DNA from: Clostridiaceae bacterium
Lineage (GTDB): Bacteria; Bacillota; Clostridia; Saccharofermentanales; Saccharofermentanaceae
Length of the DNA: 24,000 nt
Direction: 5' to 3'
NCBI GenBank assembly: GCA_012838315.1
Contig: DUPM01000025.1
Location: forward strand, 1 to 24,000
Positions 14,402 to 23,412 of the stretch are shown here, piece after piece (positions within the stretch are counted from its first letter, which is position 1; each line of letters begins with the position of its first letter). A model generated the notes under the pieces. The model did not search any database. It was given only the letters and a program-made list of their open reading frames with translations, and was not told the origin of the DNA. The translations under genes were made by a program, and so were the position numbers.

Positions 14402-17400
14402 CAGAGAAAATACCTAACACCGGAAGCAAATAAGCCTTGGTCTTTGTTGCCTGGAATATTAGATCCAATACGATCACCGTAGCGCTCGTTATGACCCATT
14501 TTTCCAAGAATGCGACCGTTCTTGCTCATGATGCCTTCAATGGCTGCATACGAGGCGTTCGGATTAAACTCGGTTGACATCGAAGGAAATCCTTTGTCAT
14601 CAACATATTGCGTTGCGATTTGACCTGAAGCAAATAAATCTTGAAGTATAGAGTCATTTGCTACAAAACGTCCTTCCCCGTTCGATATCGGAACCGAAAA
14701 TACATCACCCACTTCAACCGAACTCAGCCAAGGAGAATTGTTTGAGGCAATTCGCGTTGAAACGTACATCGACTGGTGTCGCCCAATCTTATTGAATGTC
14801 AGAGTCGGGCTTGAAGGCGTTGAAGACTTAATGATGCCATCCGGCAACAAGCCGACCTTAACCAAAGCTTGAAAACCGTTGCAAATTCCCAAGATCAGTC
14901 CATCGCGACACTCAATCAGATCAGAAACCGCATCCGAAACCGATGGATTGTTCAAGGCTGCAACCATAAACTTGGCCGAACCTTCCGGTTCGTCACCTCC
15001 CGAAAAACCACCGGGAAGCATCAGAATATGGCTATTCAGAATACGACGACTCATTTCAGCGAGGGCTTCAGATATATCCTTAGGGCTCAAATTCTTGACG
15101 ACCAGAACATCCGCATCCGCCCCGGCTCTCTCGAAAGCGTAAGCGGCATCAAATTCCGTGTTAGTTCCCGGAAAAACCGGAATAAACACCTTTGGCTTCA
15201 CGTTGAGCAATACAGCCGGCTTGTGAATCTTAGTACTATTATCGAGCTTGGGATACTTGTCCTCATAGGGTTTTTCATCCGTTTTTGTCGGGAAAACAGG
15301 CTCTAATTTTGACTCGTACGCTTTTTGCGCATCTGCAAGTGTAACCAAATGACCGTTCCATGTGATGGTCTCGGTAGCATTCGTCTCACCCAAGAGATAT
15401 CCGCCAACCATCTCAATCTTGTCGACCGCATTTTTATCGTTAACTGATAAAAGAATGGTTCCGAAAGATCTCGAAAATAAATTTTCCATCGGCAAATTGT
15501 CTCTAAATGCAAAACCGAGACGATTGCCCATTAGCATTTGAGCGACCTTTGCGGCAATTCCAAATCCACGCACGACCGACGCGGATTGAAGTTGACCGCG
15601 ATCGTTAATCTGGTTGAGCGCTTTGAAAACACGGTCAACGTTGCTTTTTTTGTACATCATCGCGTCGTCTTTTGACAGCTTAATGGCGTAAAGTTTCTGA
15701 CGAGGTGCAGTCAAACAAGACGATACGGCCCGATCGACAGGAATAGTGGTGACCGCAAAAGAAACGAGAGTCGGCGGAACATTGATATCATTAAAAGTCC
15801 CGCTCATACTGTCTTTGCCACCGATTGCCGGAGTCTTATAATCCATTTGCGCCTTAAATGCTCCAAGCAAAGCCATCGTCGGCTTTCCCCATGAAGATTC
15901 AGATGTCATACGCTCAAAATACTCTTGAAAAGACAACCGCGCGTTGTAAGGATTCCCTCCTAAAGCAGCAACTTTGAGAAGCGACTCAACGACCGCATGA
16001 TATGCGCCGTGATAGGGACTCCACTCCGACAAGTACGGATCAAAACCATATGTCATAACGGATGCGGTTCGCGAATCGAAGTTTGCCGTCGGAATCTTAG
16101 CAATCATGCCATCCTCAGGTGTCATCTGGTATCTGCCTCCTAAAGGCATCAGTACGGATCCGGCACCAATAGAACCATCGAATCTTTGAATTAAGCCTTT
16201 TCTAGAGCATGCTTCCAGGGTGGATAATGTATTAATAATCGAACCAGCAAAAGAAGCACGATCAAAAGTCGGCAAAACGGAATCCGGATAAACATTATCC
16301 GTTGTCACCGGAACGACTTTAGAACGTGCGAATGAAGGAGCACCGTTCGTGTCGATAAAACGCCTGGGCAAATCGACGATCGTCTTAGCCTTCCAAGTCA
16401 TCACCATGCGAGGCTCTTCGGTAATAGTGGCAACTTGAACCGCTTCCAAATTCTCCTCATGCGCATAAGCAAGGAAGGTTTCTTTATCTTGAGCACGAAT
16501 TACAACCGCCATACGCTCTTGAGATTCGGATATTGCCAGCTCGGTACCATCCAGCCCTTCGTATTTCTTGGGCACCGCATCCAAGTCTATGGTCAGACCA
16601 TCCGCCAATTCTCCAATGGCAACAGAAACGCCGCCGGCACCGAAGTCGTTGCAGCGAATAATCATCGAAGAAGCCTTCTTATTCTTGAAAAGTCGCTGAA
16701 TCTTGCGCTCAGTAGGCGGATTACCCTTTTGAACCTCAGCACCACAGGTCAATACGGACTTCTCATCGTGCGCTTTTGATGAGCCGGTTGCACCGCCAAT
16801 TCCATCTCGACCGGTGCGACCGCCGAGTAAAATGACGATATCTCCAGCAGACGGTCGTTCACGAACAACATTTCCTTCAGGAGCAGCAGCAATAACTGCA
16901 CCAATTTCCATGCGCTTCGCCACATATCCGGGATGATAAATCTCATCGACTTGACCGGTGGCCAGACCAATTTGATTGCCATAGGCACTATATCCTGCCG
17001 CAGCAGTACGTACTATCTTCTTTTGAGAGAGCTTGCCGGGCAACGTCTGCTCAGTAGGTACCGTCGGATCGCCTGCCCCGGTCACGCGCATGGCCTGATA
17101 GACATAGGAGCGCCCAGACAGCGGGTCGCGAATCGCGCCACCCAAACACGTTGCAGCTCCACCGAAAGGCTCAATCTCCGTCGGATGATTATGCGTTTCA
17201 TTCTTGAACATCAACAGATATTTTTCGGTGCCGACAGCGGTTTCAACATCAACTTTGATGGAGCACGCATTTATCTCCTCCGAGACATCTAAATCTTGAA
17301 GGAATCCGTCTTTTAACAATAACTTCGTCGCCATGGTGGCCATATCCATGAGACACACAGGCTTCGAAGACAACCTCTCCCCATAATACCGAGATCTTTC

Positions 17401-18186
17401 TGAAAGATACATGTCATAGGTGCTTTTTATTTCTTTGGCTACAACTGAATCCTCAGGAATTTCAATAGACTCCAAAGTCGTTAGAAAAGTAGTATGCCGA
17501 CAGTGGTCCGACCAATAAGTATCTAAGACACGAATTTCTGTCACCGAAGGATCACGATTCTCCTTAATGAAAAAGTCGCGAGTAAATGTAAGATCATCGA
17601 CCGACATGGCTAGTCCCATGTCATTTTTTAATTGAAACATCTCTGTGTCGGACTTCTCGCGAAATCCTTCCATAATCGATACATCTTCAGGCATGTCCAG
17701 ATCTTCGAGCAAGGAAACCGGCATATCGAGTGAAGCGGATCGGGACTCGACCGGATTAATCAAAAATCGGCTGACCTTTTGCTTTGCCTCTTCATCCATT
17801 TCTCCATAGAACGCATATATCTTAGCGGTTCGAATCAGAGGCGGTTCACCGACCGTCATAATCTGAACACACTGAGCAGCAGAATCGGCGCGCTGATCAT
17901 ATTGACCGGGAAGCGATTCAACCGCAAGTACAAAGCACGCGTCGTTAAGATCGGGATCAGTCTTATAAAGCGTGTCCACCGGTGGTTCTGAAAAAACGAT
18001 ATTTTCCACCAAGTCTAACTCTTCTCGGCTCATTCCGGACACATCATAGCGGTTAAATATGCGGACGCGTTCAACACCCGAAAGTGATAAATCTGAACGG
18101 ATATCTTTCAATACTTGATTGGCCTCAACCGCAAACAAAGGCTTCTTTTCCGAGAACAGTCTTATGACCTGATCGCAATTACTCAT
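14401..18186 (-). CDS. purL: Phosphoribosylformylglycinamidine (FGAM) synthase, single-chain large form with a C-terminal glutaminase domain.
   Basis: 1261 aa. Motifs: HNHPTEIEPFGGAATCLGGAIRD, DFGAGGVSVAIGE, and the C-terminal type-1 GATase ILGICNGFQAL ... MGHNERY. Confidence 0.95.
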   Translation of the reverse strand: MSNCDQVIRLFSEKKPLFAVEANQVLKDIRSDLSLSGVERVRIFNRYDVSGMSREELDLVENIVFSEPPVDTLYKTDPDLNDACFVLAVESLPGQYDQRADSAAQCVQIMTVGEPPLIRTAKIYAFYGEMDEEAKQKVSRFLINPVESRSASLDMPVSLLEDLDMPEDVSIMEGFREKSDTEMFQLKNDMGLAMSVDDLTFTRDFFIKENRDPSVTEIRVLDTYWSDHCRHTTFLTTLESIEIPEDSVVAKEIKSTYDMYLSERSRYYGERLSSKPVCLMDMATMATKLLLKDGFLQDLDVSEEINACSIKVDVETAVGTEKYLLMFKNETHNHPTEIEPFGGAATCLGGAIRDPLSGRSYVYQAMRVTGAGDPTVPTEQTLPGKLSQKKIVRTAAAGYSAYGNQIGLATGQVDEIYHPGYVAKRMEIGAVIAAAPEGNVVRERPSAGDIVILLGGRTGRDGIGGATGSSKAHDEKSVLTCGAEVQKGNPPTERKIQRLFKNKKASSMIIRCNDFGAGGVSVAIGELADGLTIDLDAVPKKYEGLDGTELAISESQERMAVVIRAQDKETFLAYAHEENLEAVQVATITEEPRMVMTWKAKTIVDLPRRFIDTNGAPSFARSKVVPVTTDNVYPDSVLPTFDRASFAGSIINTLSTLEACSRKGLIQRFDGSIGAGSVLMPLGGRYQMTPEDGMIAKIPTANFDSRTASVMTYGFDPYLSEWSPYHGAYHAVVESLLKVAALGGNPYNARLSFQEYFERMTSESSWGKPTMALLGAFKAQMDYKTPAIGGKDSMSGTFNDINVPPTLVSFAVTTIPVDRAVSSCLTAPRQKLYAIKLSKDDAMMYKKSNVDRVFKALNQINDRGQLQSASVVRGFGIAAKVAQMLMGNRLGFAFRDNLPMENLFSRSFGTILLSVNDKNAVDKIEMVGGYLLGETNATETITWNGHLVTLADAQKAYESKLEPVFPTKTDEKPYEDKYPKLDNSTKIHKPAVLLNVKPKVFIPVFPGTNTEFDAAYAFERAGADADVLVVKNLSPKDISEALAEMSRRILNSHILMLPGGFSGGDEPEGSAKFMVAALNNPSVSDAVSDLIECRDGLILGICNGFQALVKVGLLPDGIIKSSTPSSPTLTFNKIGRHQSMYVSTRIASNNSPWLSSVEVGDVFSVPISNGEGRFVANDSILQDLFASGQIATQYVDDKGFPSMSTEFNPNASYAAIEGIMSKNGRILGKMGHNERYGDRIGSNIPGNKDQGLFASGVRYFL

Positions 18187-20129
18187 TCATTTCCTCCACC
18201 GCTGTTGTCGCGATTATTAATGATGTTCAATAGCAAAGTGGCATGATCCTTGAGAAACTTCTTAAGTCCCTCCGCATCTAGAGATCCATGGCTCAGTCTT
18301 GCCTGATCGTAAAGCTGATCACAAATGATGCGCGCAGAATCTTCCGCTTCGTCTTTTTCGACAAGATCAAGAAGTCGAACGACGAGCGGATGGTCAGCGT
18401 TGAGAACCAGATCCTTTTTCTCGGGGAACATATCGTCAAGATTTCCGTACGGATCGTCTTCACCGCTCTTTTTCATTTTCTCGAATTGCTTCTTCATCTC
18501 AGCCATGCGACGAGATTCTTCGGTCTCTCGAATAAACGCGGGAAAAGAATCCACACCCAATGACATGACTTCAACATCAAGCTTCGGCTCTTGAACCAAT
18601 GACTTAAATCGCTCCACCAAATGAGTGTACGCCTCATCTTTGTGTGATTCACCATCAAACTCCGCGTCGACACGCATAAAGCGTTTGGCGGGCATTTTAT
18701 ATTCCATAAACGAAATGAAGTTGTTATCGATTTCATGGTCAAGAACAACAACAGGATAGCCCTTCTGTGTTGCAATCTCAACATATGCCGCCTGCTTGTC
18801 GGCAGACTGAGTATATCTGATGGCATCATGTTTTTCGGTAAGCTCGTCGTATGTGAGATACTTTCCTTCAACGGTCTTAAAAAGCATGAAGGACTTTGCC
18901 TTTTCGAAAAACTTATCTTCCTTCATCATGCCGTACTTGACGAATACGCCAATGTCATCCCAGTACGATTCATAGTCTTCACGTTGCTTCTTGAACAGTG
19001 TAGATAATTTGTCGGACACTTTTCGGATGATATGAGAGGAAAGCTTTTGCACATATGTATCTTGCTGAAGCGCAGAACGAGAGACATTAAGCGGTAAATC
19101 AGTACAATCCAAACAGCCTCTCAGTAAAAACAAGAAATCAGGAATAATCTCTTCAATGTTATCGGCAACAAATACTTGTTGGTTATAGACTTTTATGCGC
19201 CCGTCAAGCGTCTGATAAGCATTGTCCGTCTTCGGAAAGAACAAGATGCCTTGCAATGTAAACGGATAATCAAGATTCAAATGAATCCAGAAGAGCGGGT
19301 CCCTAGGATCTGAAAACACCTGATGATAAAACGAAATATATTCTTCATCCGTGCAGTCCTTCGGCGCCTTCTGCCAAAGCGGAGCCACCGGATTAATTCT
19401 GTCCGGAGCATATTCGGACACGCTAATTTCTTCGTCTTTATCAGAGGCTTCTTTGGCGCGTTTCTTTTGCGCTTTATCATGCTCATCTTTGCGCTTCAAG
19501 TCAGAATAAAACAGCGGATACGGCAAAAAGGAGCAATACTTTTCGAGTATACTTTTGATTTTTAGAGCATCGAACAACTTCTTAGCTTCATCGGACAAAT
19601 ATAACGTGATCGAAGTGCCTCGATTCGTTCTTTCAGAGTCCGAAACGGTATACTCCATGCCGTCTTCAGATTCCCACTTAACGGGCTTCTCTCCATCAAT
19701 GTACGAAAGGGTATCAATGACCACACGATCTGCAACCATAAATGCAGAGTAAAAGCCGAGTCCGAAATGGCCGATAATAGAATTCTCTGAACCGCCTTTT
19801 TCCTTGAATTTCTCAACAAAGTCCATGGCTCCTGAGAATGCAATCTGGTTAATATATCGATCAAGCTCATCCGCTGTCATGCCGATGCCTTGATCCTCAA
19901 TAACCAATATCCCCTTCTTCTCATTAAACGACACTTGAATCGATAGTGGGTCTTCGTCGACTATCTTGGTTTGCCCCAAATTGACAAGCCGATTCAGCTT
20001 AGTCGTTGCGTCTGCGGCATTGGACACAAGTTCCCGCACAAAAATATCGTGATCTGAATACAACCACTTTCGAATGATCGGGAAAATGTTTTCTGTGGTA
20101 ACGGTGACTTTTCCTGTTCTGGTACTCAT
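18183..20129 (-). CDS. htpG: Molecular chaperone HtpG (bacterial Hsp90).
   Basis: IFVRELVSNAADA, IEDQGIGMT, IGHFGLGFYSAFMVA, and VFVADN...LPLNVSR. The start is reassigned to the ATG at 20129 (MSTRTGK...), preceded by GGAGG. The stop overlaps the purL ATG (ATGA at 18183..18186). Confidence 0.95.
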   Translation of the reverse strand: MSTRTGKVTVTTENIFPIIRKWLYSDHDIFVRELVSNAADATTKLNRLVNLGQTKIVDEDPLSIQVSFNEKKGILVIEDQGIGMTADELDRYINQIAFSGAMDFVEKFKEKGGSENSIIGHFGLGFYSAFMVADRVVIDTLSYIDGEKPVKWESEDGMEYTVSDSERTNRGTSITLYLSDEAKKLFDALKIKSILEKYCSFLPYPLFYSDLKRKDEHDKAQKKRAKEASDKDEEISVSEYAPDRINPVAPLWQKAPKDCTDEEYISFYHQVFSDPRDPLFWIHLNLDYPFTLQGILFFPKTDNAYQTLDGRIKVYNQQVFVADNIEEIIPDFLFLLRGCLDCTDLPLNVSRSALQQDTYVQKLSSHIIRKVSDKLSTLFKKQREDYESYWDDIGVFVKYGMMKEDKFFEKAKSFMLFKTVEGKYLTYDELTEKHDAIRYTQSADKQAAYVEIATQKGYPVVVLDHEIDNNFISFMEYKMPAKRFMRVDAEFDGESHKDEAYTHLVERFKSLVQEPKLDVEVMSLGVDSFPAFIRETEESRRMAEMKKQFEKMKKSGEDDPYGNLDDMFPEKKDLVLNADHPLVVRLLDLVEKDEAEDSARIICDQLYDQARLSHGSLDAEGLKKFLKDHATLLLNIINNRDNSGGGNE

Positions 20130-20172
20130 AGTATCAGCCTCCAAACATTTTTTATTTGCAAGCCCAAATGGC

Positions 20173-21075
20173 TTATTGACGTGTCGTATGGTCGGATTGC
20201 CTAGATTGAATATAAAAATCGACAATTTCCTTATAATACTGAGCAACGGATTGCAACTTCGAAGATGAAGCAGAATAAAACTCAAATTCAGAGATGCTCT
20301 TGATCGGAAGAATATCAAAAGGTGAGCTTGTCACAAAAACGGCAAAATCTTTACCTTCGCGACGCGCTCGACCTTGTAATTCGACCAAATCGGACAAGGC
20401 AAACGTTTTCTCTTGGTAATGAAGCCCGGCGTGAAGCATGGCTTTCAGAACGTATTTCCGCGTAATCCCAATTAAGATGCAATCTTCAGATGGCGAATAC
20501 ACCGTCTGATCGAAAAGAACGAAAAAATTCGAACGACTACCTTCAGTAATTTTTTGCGCATGATCACATAACAATACTTCATAAGGCATGCCGAATGGTG
20601 TCTCATGTTCAAAAGCTGCTGCGACAGCCGCCTTATAATCTCCGCGAAAAACCTTGATTTGAGGCTCAATCCGCTCCCATTCCAGTACAGAAGAAACTAT
20701 TCCTTCTTGATAAAAAGATGACGGAGGATAAGATGCATCTGAAAGATGGACTAAAGTCTTAGAGTTCGTCAGTACAATTCGAAGGTTTCCCTCGGTCACC
20801 TCAGGCTCAACCTCTCTCATGAGCTTCGTCGCTTGCTCATAGAGCTGCTCAGAATCAAAGGCAAAATTCTCTTTCCCCGCAACTGATTCATGTAAACGAA
20901 GCATATGCGCTTCGAAAAATATCATGATTTGTGACTTAAATCGAATCGACTCATAATAAATTATATCATCGGTCGGCTCAAGAAGCGCTCTGCCCTCTGC
21001 CGAGTCAAAACGTACGGCATGTCCATCAATATAGCAAATATCGCCAAGTGGTTTTTCAAGCATTCGAACAGCCAT
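20173..21075 (-). CDS. Aminotransferase class IV fold protein (BCAT / D-aa aminotransferase / ADC-lyase family; subfamily not resolved).
   Basis: EGSRSNFFVL, ILIGITRKYVL and a candidate PLP Lys in PQIKVF. The start is probably the ATG at 21075 (MAVRML..., preceded by AAAGGA plus a 5-nt spacer) rather than 21099, which has no SD. Confidence 0.7.
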   Translation of the reverse strand: MAVRMLEKPLGDICYIDGHAVRFDSAEGRALLEPTDDIIYYESIRFKSQIMIFFEAHMLRLHESVAGKENFAFDSEQLYEQATKLMREVEPEVTEGNLRIVLTNSKTLVHLSDASYPPSSFYQEGIVSSVLEWERIEPQIKVFRGDYKAAVAAAFEHETPFGMPYEVLLCDHAQKITEGSRSNFFVLFDQTVYSPSEDCILIGITRKYVLKAMLHAGLHYQEKTFALSDLVELQGRARREGKDFAVFVTSSPFDILPIKSISEFEFYSASSSKLQSVAQYYKEIVDFYIQSRQSDHTTRQ

Positions 21076-21119
21076 AGAAATCCTTTCAACAAGAGACATA
21101 AAACAATTTACTGATTTGC

Positions 21120-21147
21120 ATTATATGATTTTACCCCAGAGTGTCAA
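21120..21147 (-). promoter_or_regulatory. Near-consensus sigma-A promoter heading the aminotransferase-htpG-purL-... gene train.
   Basis: Minus strand reads TTGACA (21147..21142), a 16-nt spacer, then TATAAT (21125..21120). Confidence 0.65.
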
Positions 21148-21344
21148 CAGCGTAAAGCATTCCAAAGGCTATTAGGTCTGAATAACTCTCAGGATCTTAT
21201 AATTTCGACAAATGATTGATAGCCGAGAATACGTAAAATGTATCTGAAGGCTCATAAGCAACACTCGCCGGCCGTCGGAAGAAGACGCGGCCGAAAACGC
21301 GATAAAGTCGATATGTACTCCATAAATTCTACATTTTTTCCTGA

Positions 21345-23012
21345 TCAAAACTGCATCGATTGTTCTTCGATTTTTTCAATATAGTCAAACAACGACATAC
21401 TGTCTTCCAAGTCAATCGAAATATCTTTCGGATCAATCATTGAAATAGAGCATTCGAAGTCAATAATATTATTTTCACTGTAGCCGTCATCTATGCGAAG
21501 TTTACCATCTTTAAACGTCGTCTCAGATTTGCCGTCGGTCAAAGCACCCGTCACTTCTATTACAAAGCCGTTCTCGCCTCCAAAAGACAAAACAGCTTCA
21601 AAGTTATCGCCCATTTTATCCTTAGTATCCCACTCCATTTCAAAAGTCGCGCTTAAATACTCTTCTTTTCGTTCTCCATCGATGAATACTTCAATTTCTC
21701 TTTTAAAAACACCTCGTTCAAAAGACTGCTCCCAATCCATGCCTAGCTCAACTTCTTCGCCTTCTGCGCTCAGCGTTAGGATGGCGGAGATGTCGTCGGT
21801 TGGGTTATTCTTGCCACCGAGCAGCATTTCAAATTCGATTGCAAGATCTCCACTTTCACCTACCATGGACAACTCAAATTCATCCACGGAAATTATTCGA
21901 ACAAAATCATTCCTGTCAACATAGTAGGTGATGATGATGTCTCCCTTTATCTTGATTCCACTGAACACATCAAAAGCACTGTCAAAGGCCTCTTGACTGG
22001 TCTCGAGTTCGTATCCCTGATACATGTAACCCATACTGTCGAAAAACCACTGCTTATATGCACCCAACGCATCCTGCAAATAATCATTTGCGTCGTCTTC
22101 TGAAATCACGTAAGACATCGCATCCAGTTTATATCTTTTGCCATTTATCTTTTCAGTAACCGATTTTCCATGAGAAAATTCTGCAAAATCCTCTAAGAAC
22201 TTTGCCTCTCGATAATACGCCGCAACCTCATCCAAATTCTTTCCCCCAGCCTCGGATTTTCCAAAAAACATATCCAAAGCTTCGTCGATATAATCTGACG
22301 GCAATGACGGCTCCGTCCCAAGTTCCTCAATATCATCAGCAAATGTATCAGGATCTATGGTAAGAAACGTCGCATCATTAAATAATTCCGGAAATGAAAT
22401 AGCAATTAGCTCTCGCGAAATATACATCAAATTGTCATCATAGACCTGAGTACCATTATCAAAAAGCATTTCGAAAAGCGCCTTCTCCGCCTCGGCATCA
22501 TATAAGACAGATATATCCGCACCAACACCTTCCGATTCAACAGAAAACTCGTACTCAACCGCTTGATCCGCATATTTACTCATGTCAATTAATTGCATAT
22601 CGCTTTTGTCAGAAAAAGTTCTGCCAAGCGACACCTGTAAATATCTCTCCGGATTAACTAACTTCAGAAACTTATAGCGCAAAATAATCCCAAGGCCGAC
22701 GATTAATGCAACGAAAATGACAATTGCTATCACAGCAATGAAACCTTTATTCTCAGATTTATTCTTTCTCGAAGGATCTGCCACGGCGTGATTCGAAATC
22801 TTTTCAGCATCGCCTTCAGTCGTCGAATTATCAACAGAAACTGGACTAATCGGTACGAAAACCGTATTTTCATCCTGTTCCAAAGTCTCATTATTCATAA
22901 TAACTTCATCGGAATTATCTTGATCCGTGTCCAAAGCAATCAACTTCTCGCCGCACGATTCGCAATAAGTCGCATCCGTAGAATTTTCAAAATTACATTT
23001 CGAACAAATCAT
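21345..23012 (-). CDS. Zinc-ribbon membrane protein of unknown function (cytoplasmic CxxC..CxxC ribbon, one TM helix, and a roughly 440-aa acidic extracytoplasmic domain).
   Basis: MICSKCNFENSTDATYCESCGEKL. TM helix: GFIAVIAIVIFVALIVGLGIILRY. I do not recognise any catalytic motif in the remainder. RBS is GGGGGG plus a 5-nt spacer before the ATG at 23012. Confidence 0.75.
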   Translation of the reverse strand: MICSKCNFENSTDATYCESCGEKLIALDTDQDNSDEVIMNNETLEQDENTVFVPISPVSVDNSTTEGDAEKISNHAVADPSRKNKSENKGFIAVIAIVIFVALIVGLGIILRYKFLKLVNPERYLQVSLGRTFSDKSDMQLIDMSKYADQAVEYEFSVESEGVGADISVLYDAEAEKALFEMLFDNGTQVYDDNLMYISRELIAISFPELFNDATFLTIDPDTFADDIEELGTEPSLPSDYIDEALDMFFGKSEAGGKNLDEVAAYYREAKFLEDFAEFSHGKSVTEKINGKRYKLDAMSYVISEDDANDYLQDALGAYKQWFFDSMGYMYQGYELETSQEAFDSAFDVFSGIKIKGDIIITYYVDRNDFVRIISVDEFELSMVGESGDLAIEFEMLLGGKNNPTDDISAILTLSAEGEEVELGMDWEQSFERGVFKREIEVFIDGERKEEYLSATFEMEWDTKDKMGDNFEAVLSFGGENGFVIEVTGALTDGKSETTFKDGKLRIDDGYSENNIIDFECSISMIDPKDISIDLEDSMSLFDYIEKIEEQSMQF

Positions 23013-23062
23013 TATAGCCCCCCCTGCCAGAACATCTTCTATTCGTCAAAGAAATATTTTCT

Positions 23063-23071
23063 ATTATACCA
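23063..23071 (-). promoter_or_regulatory. Candidate extended -10 promoter (TGgTATAAT) for the zinc-ribbon protein gene.
   Basis: Minus strand reads ctcTGGTATAATag, about 50 nt upstream of the ATG at 23012. The -35 region is weak. Confidence 0.45.
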
Positions 23072-23267
23072 GAGAAACTATTGGAATATATTTGTATTCC
23101 TCTGGAGTCAGCGTGTCCAAGAGAATAATCCTCTTGTTTATACTGCCAAATCACTGTGTCCGTTCTTTTGACTGCAACTGCATTAAATCAATTCAAAAAA
23201 ATAAATCCGCCCCAAAAGACTGCGAATATTTTGTTCAATTGGTTAAATATATTGATCCCATTAACGC

Positions 23268-23401
23268 TTTATGCATAAAATGATTATTATCAGAAGTTCT
23301 TGTATTAATATAGTCATAAATATAGAATGGATATTGACTCGCATTATTACTTCTGATAATATTCAGATATTTATTCGTCAAGATTAATATTTATGCATAA
23401 A
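23268..23401 (+). promoter_or_regulatory. Candidate operator set around the argG promoter: two copies of a perfect 12-bp palindrome plus a 17-bp inverted repeat.
   Basis: TTTATGCATAAA occurs at 23268..23279 and 23390..23401 and is its own reverse complement. The inverted repeat is tgattattatcagaagt (23281..23297) versus acttctgataatattca (23349..23365), complementary at 16 of 17 positions. The right arm covers the spacer and -10 element. Confidence 0.5.
23334..23362 (+). promoter_or_regulatory. Candidate sigma-A promoter for argG.
   Basis: TTGACT (23334..23339), a 17-nt spacer, then TAATAT (23357..23362). GGAGG lies at 23403..23407 and the ATG at 23413. Confidence 0.55.
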
Positions 23402-23412
23402 TGGAGGACAAT

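Noticed and set aside
20130-20318. N-terminal 63-codon extension of the htpG ORF, overlapping the aminotransferase gene.
   Set aside because: HtpG homologues start close to the ...IFPIIRKWLYSDHDIF block. The ATG at 20129 has a GGAGG RBS, while the extension is hydrophobic or basic junk overlapping the upstream CDS.
21269-21293. A GC-rich CGGCCG...CGGCCG hairpin in the AT-rich spacer downstream of the zinc-ribbon gene, considered as its possible terminator.
   Set aside because: The stem is only 6 bp with a 13-nt loop and no U-tract follows on the minus strand, so I cannot support a terminator or structured-RNA call.
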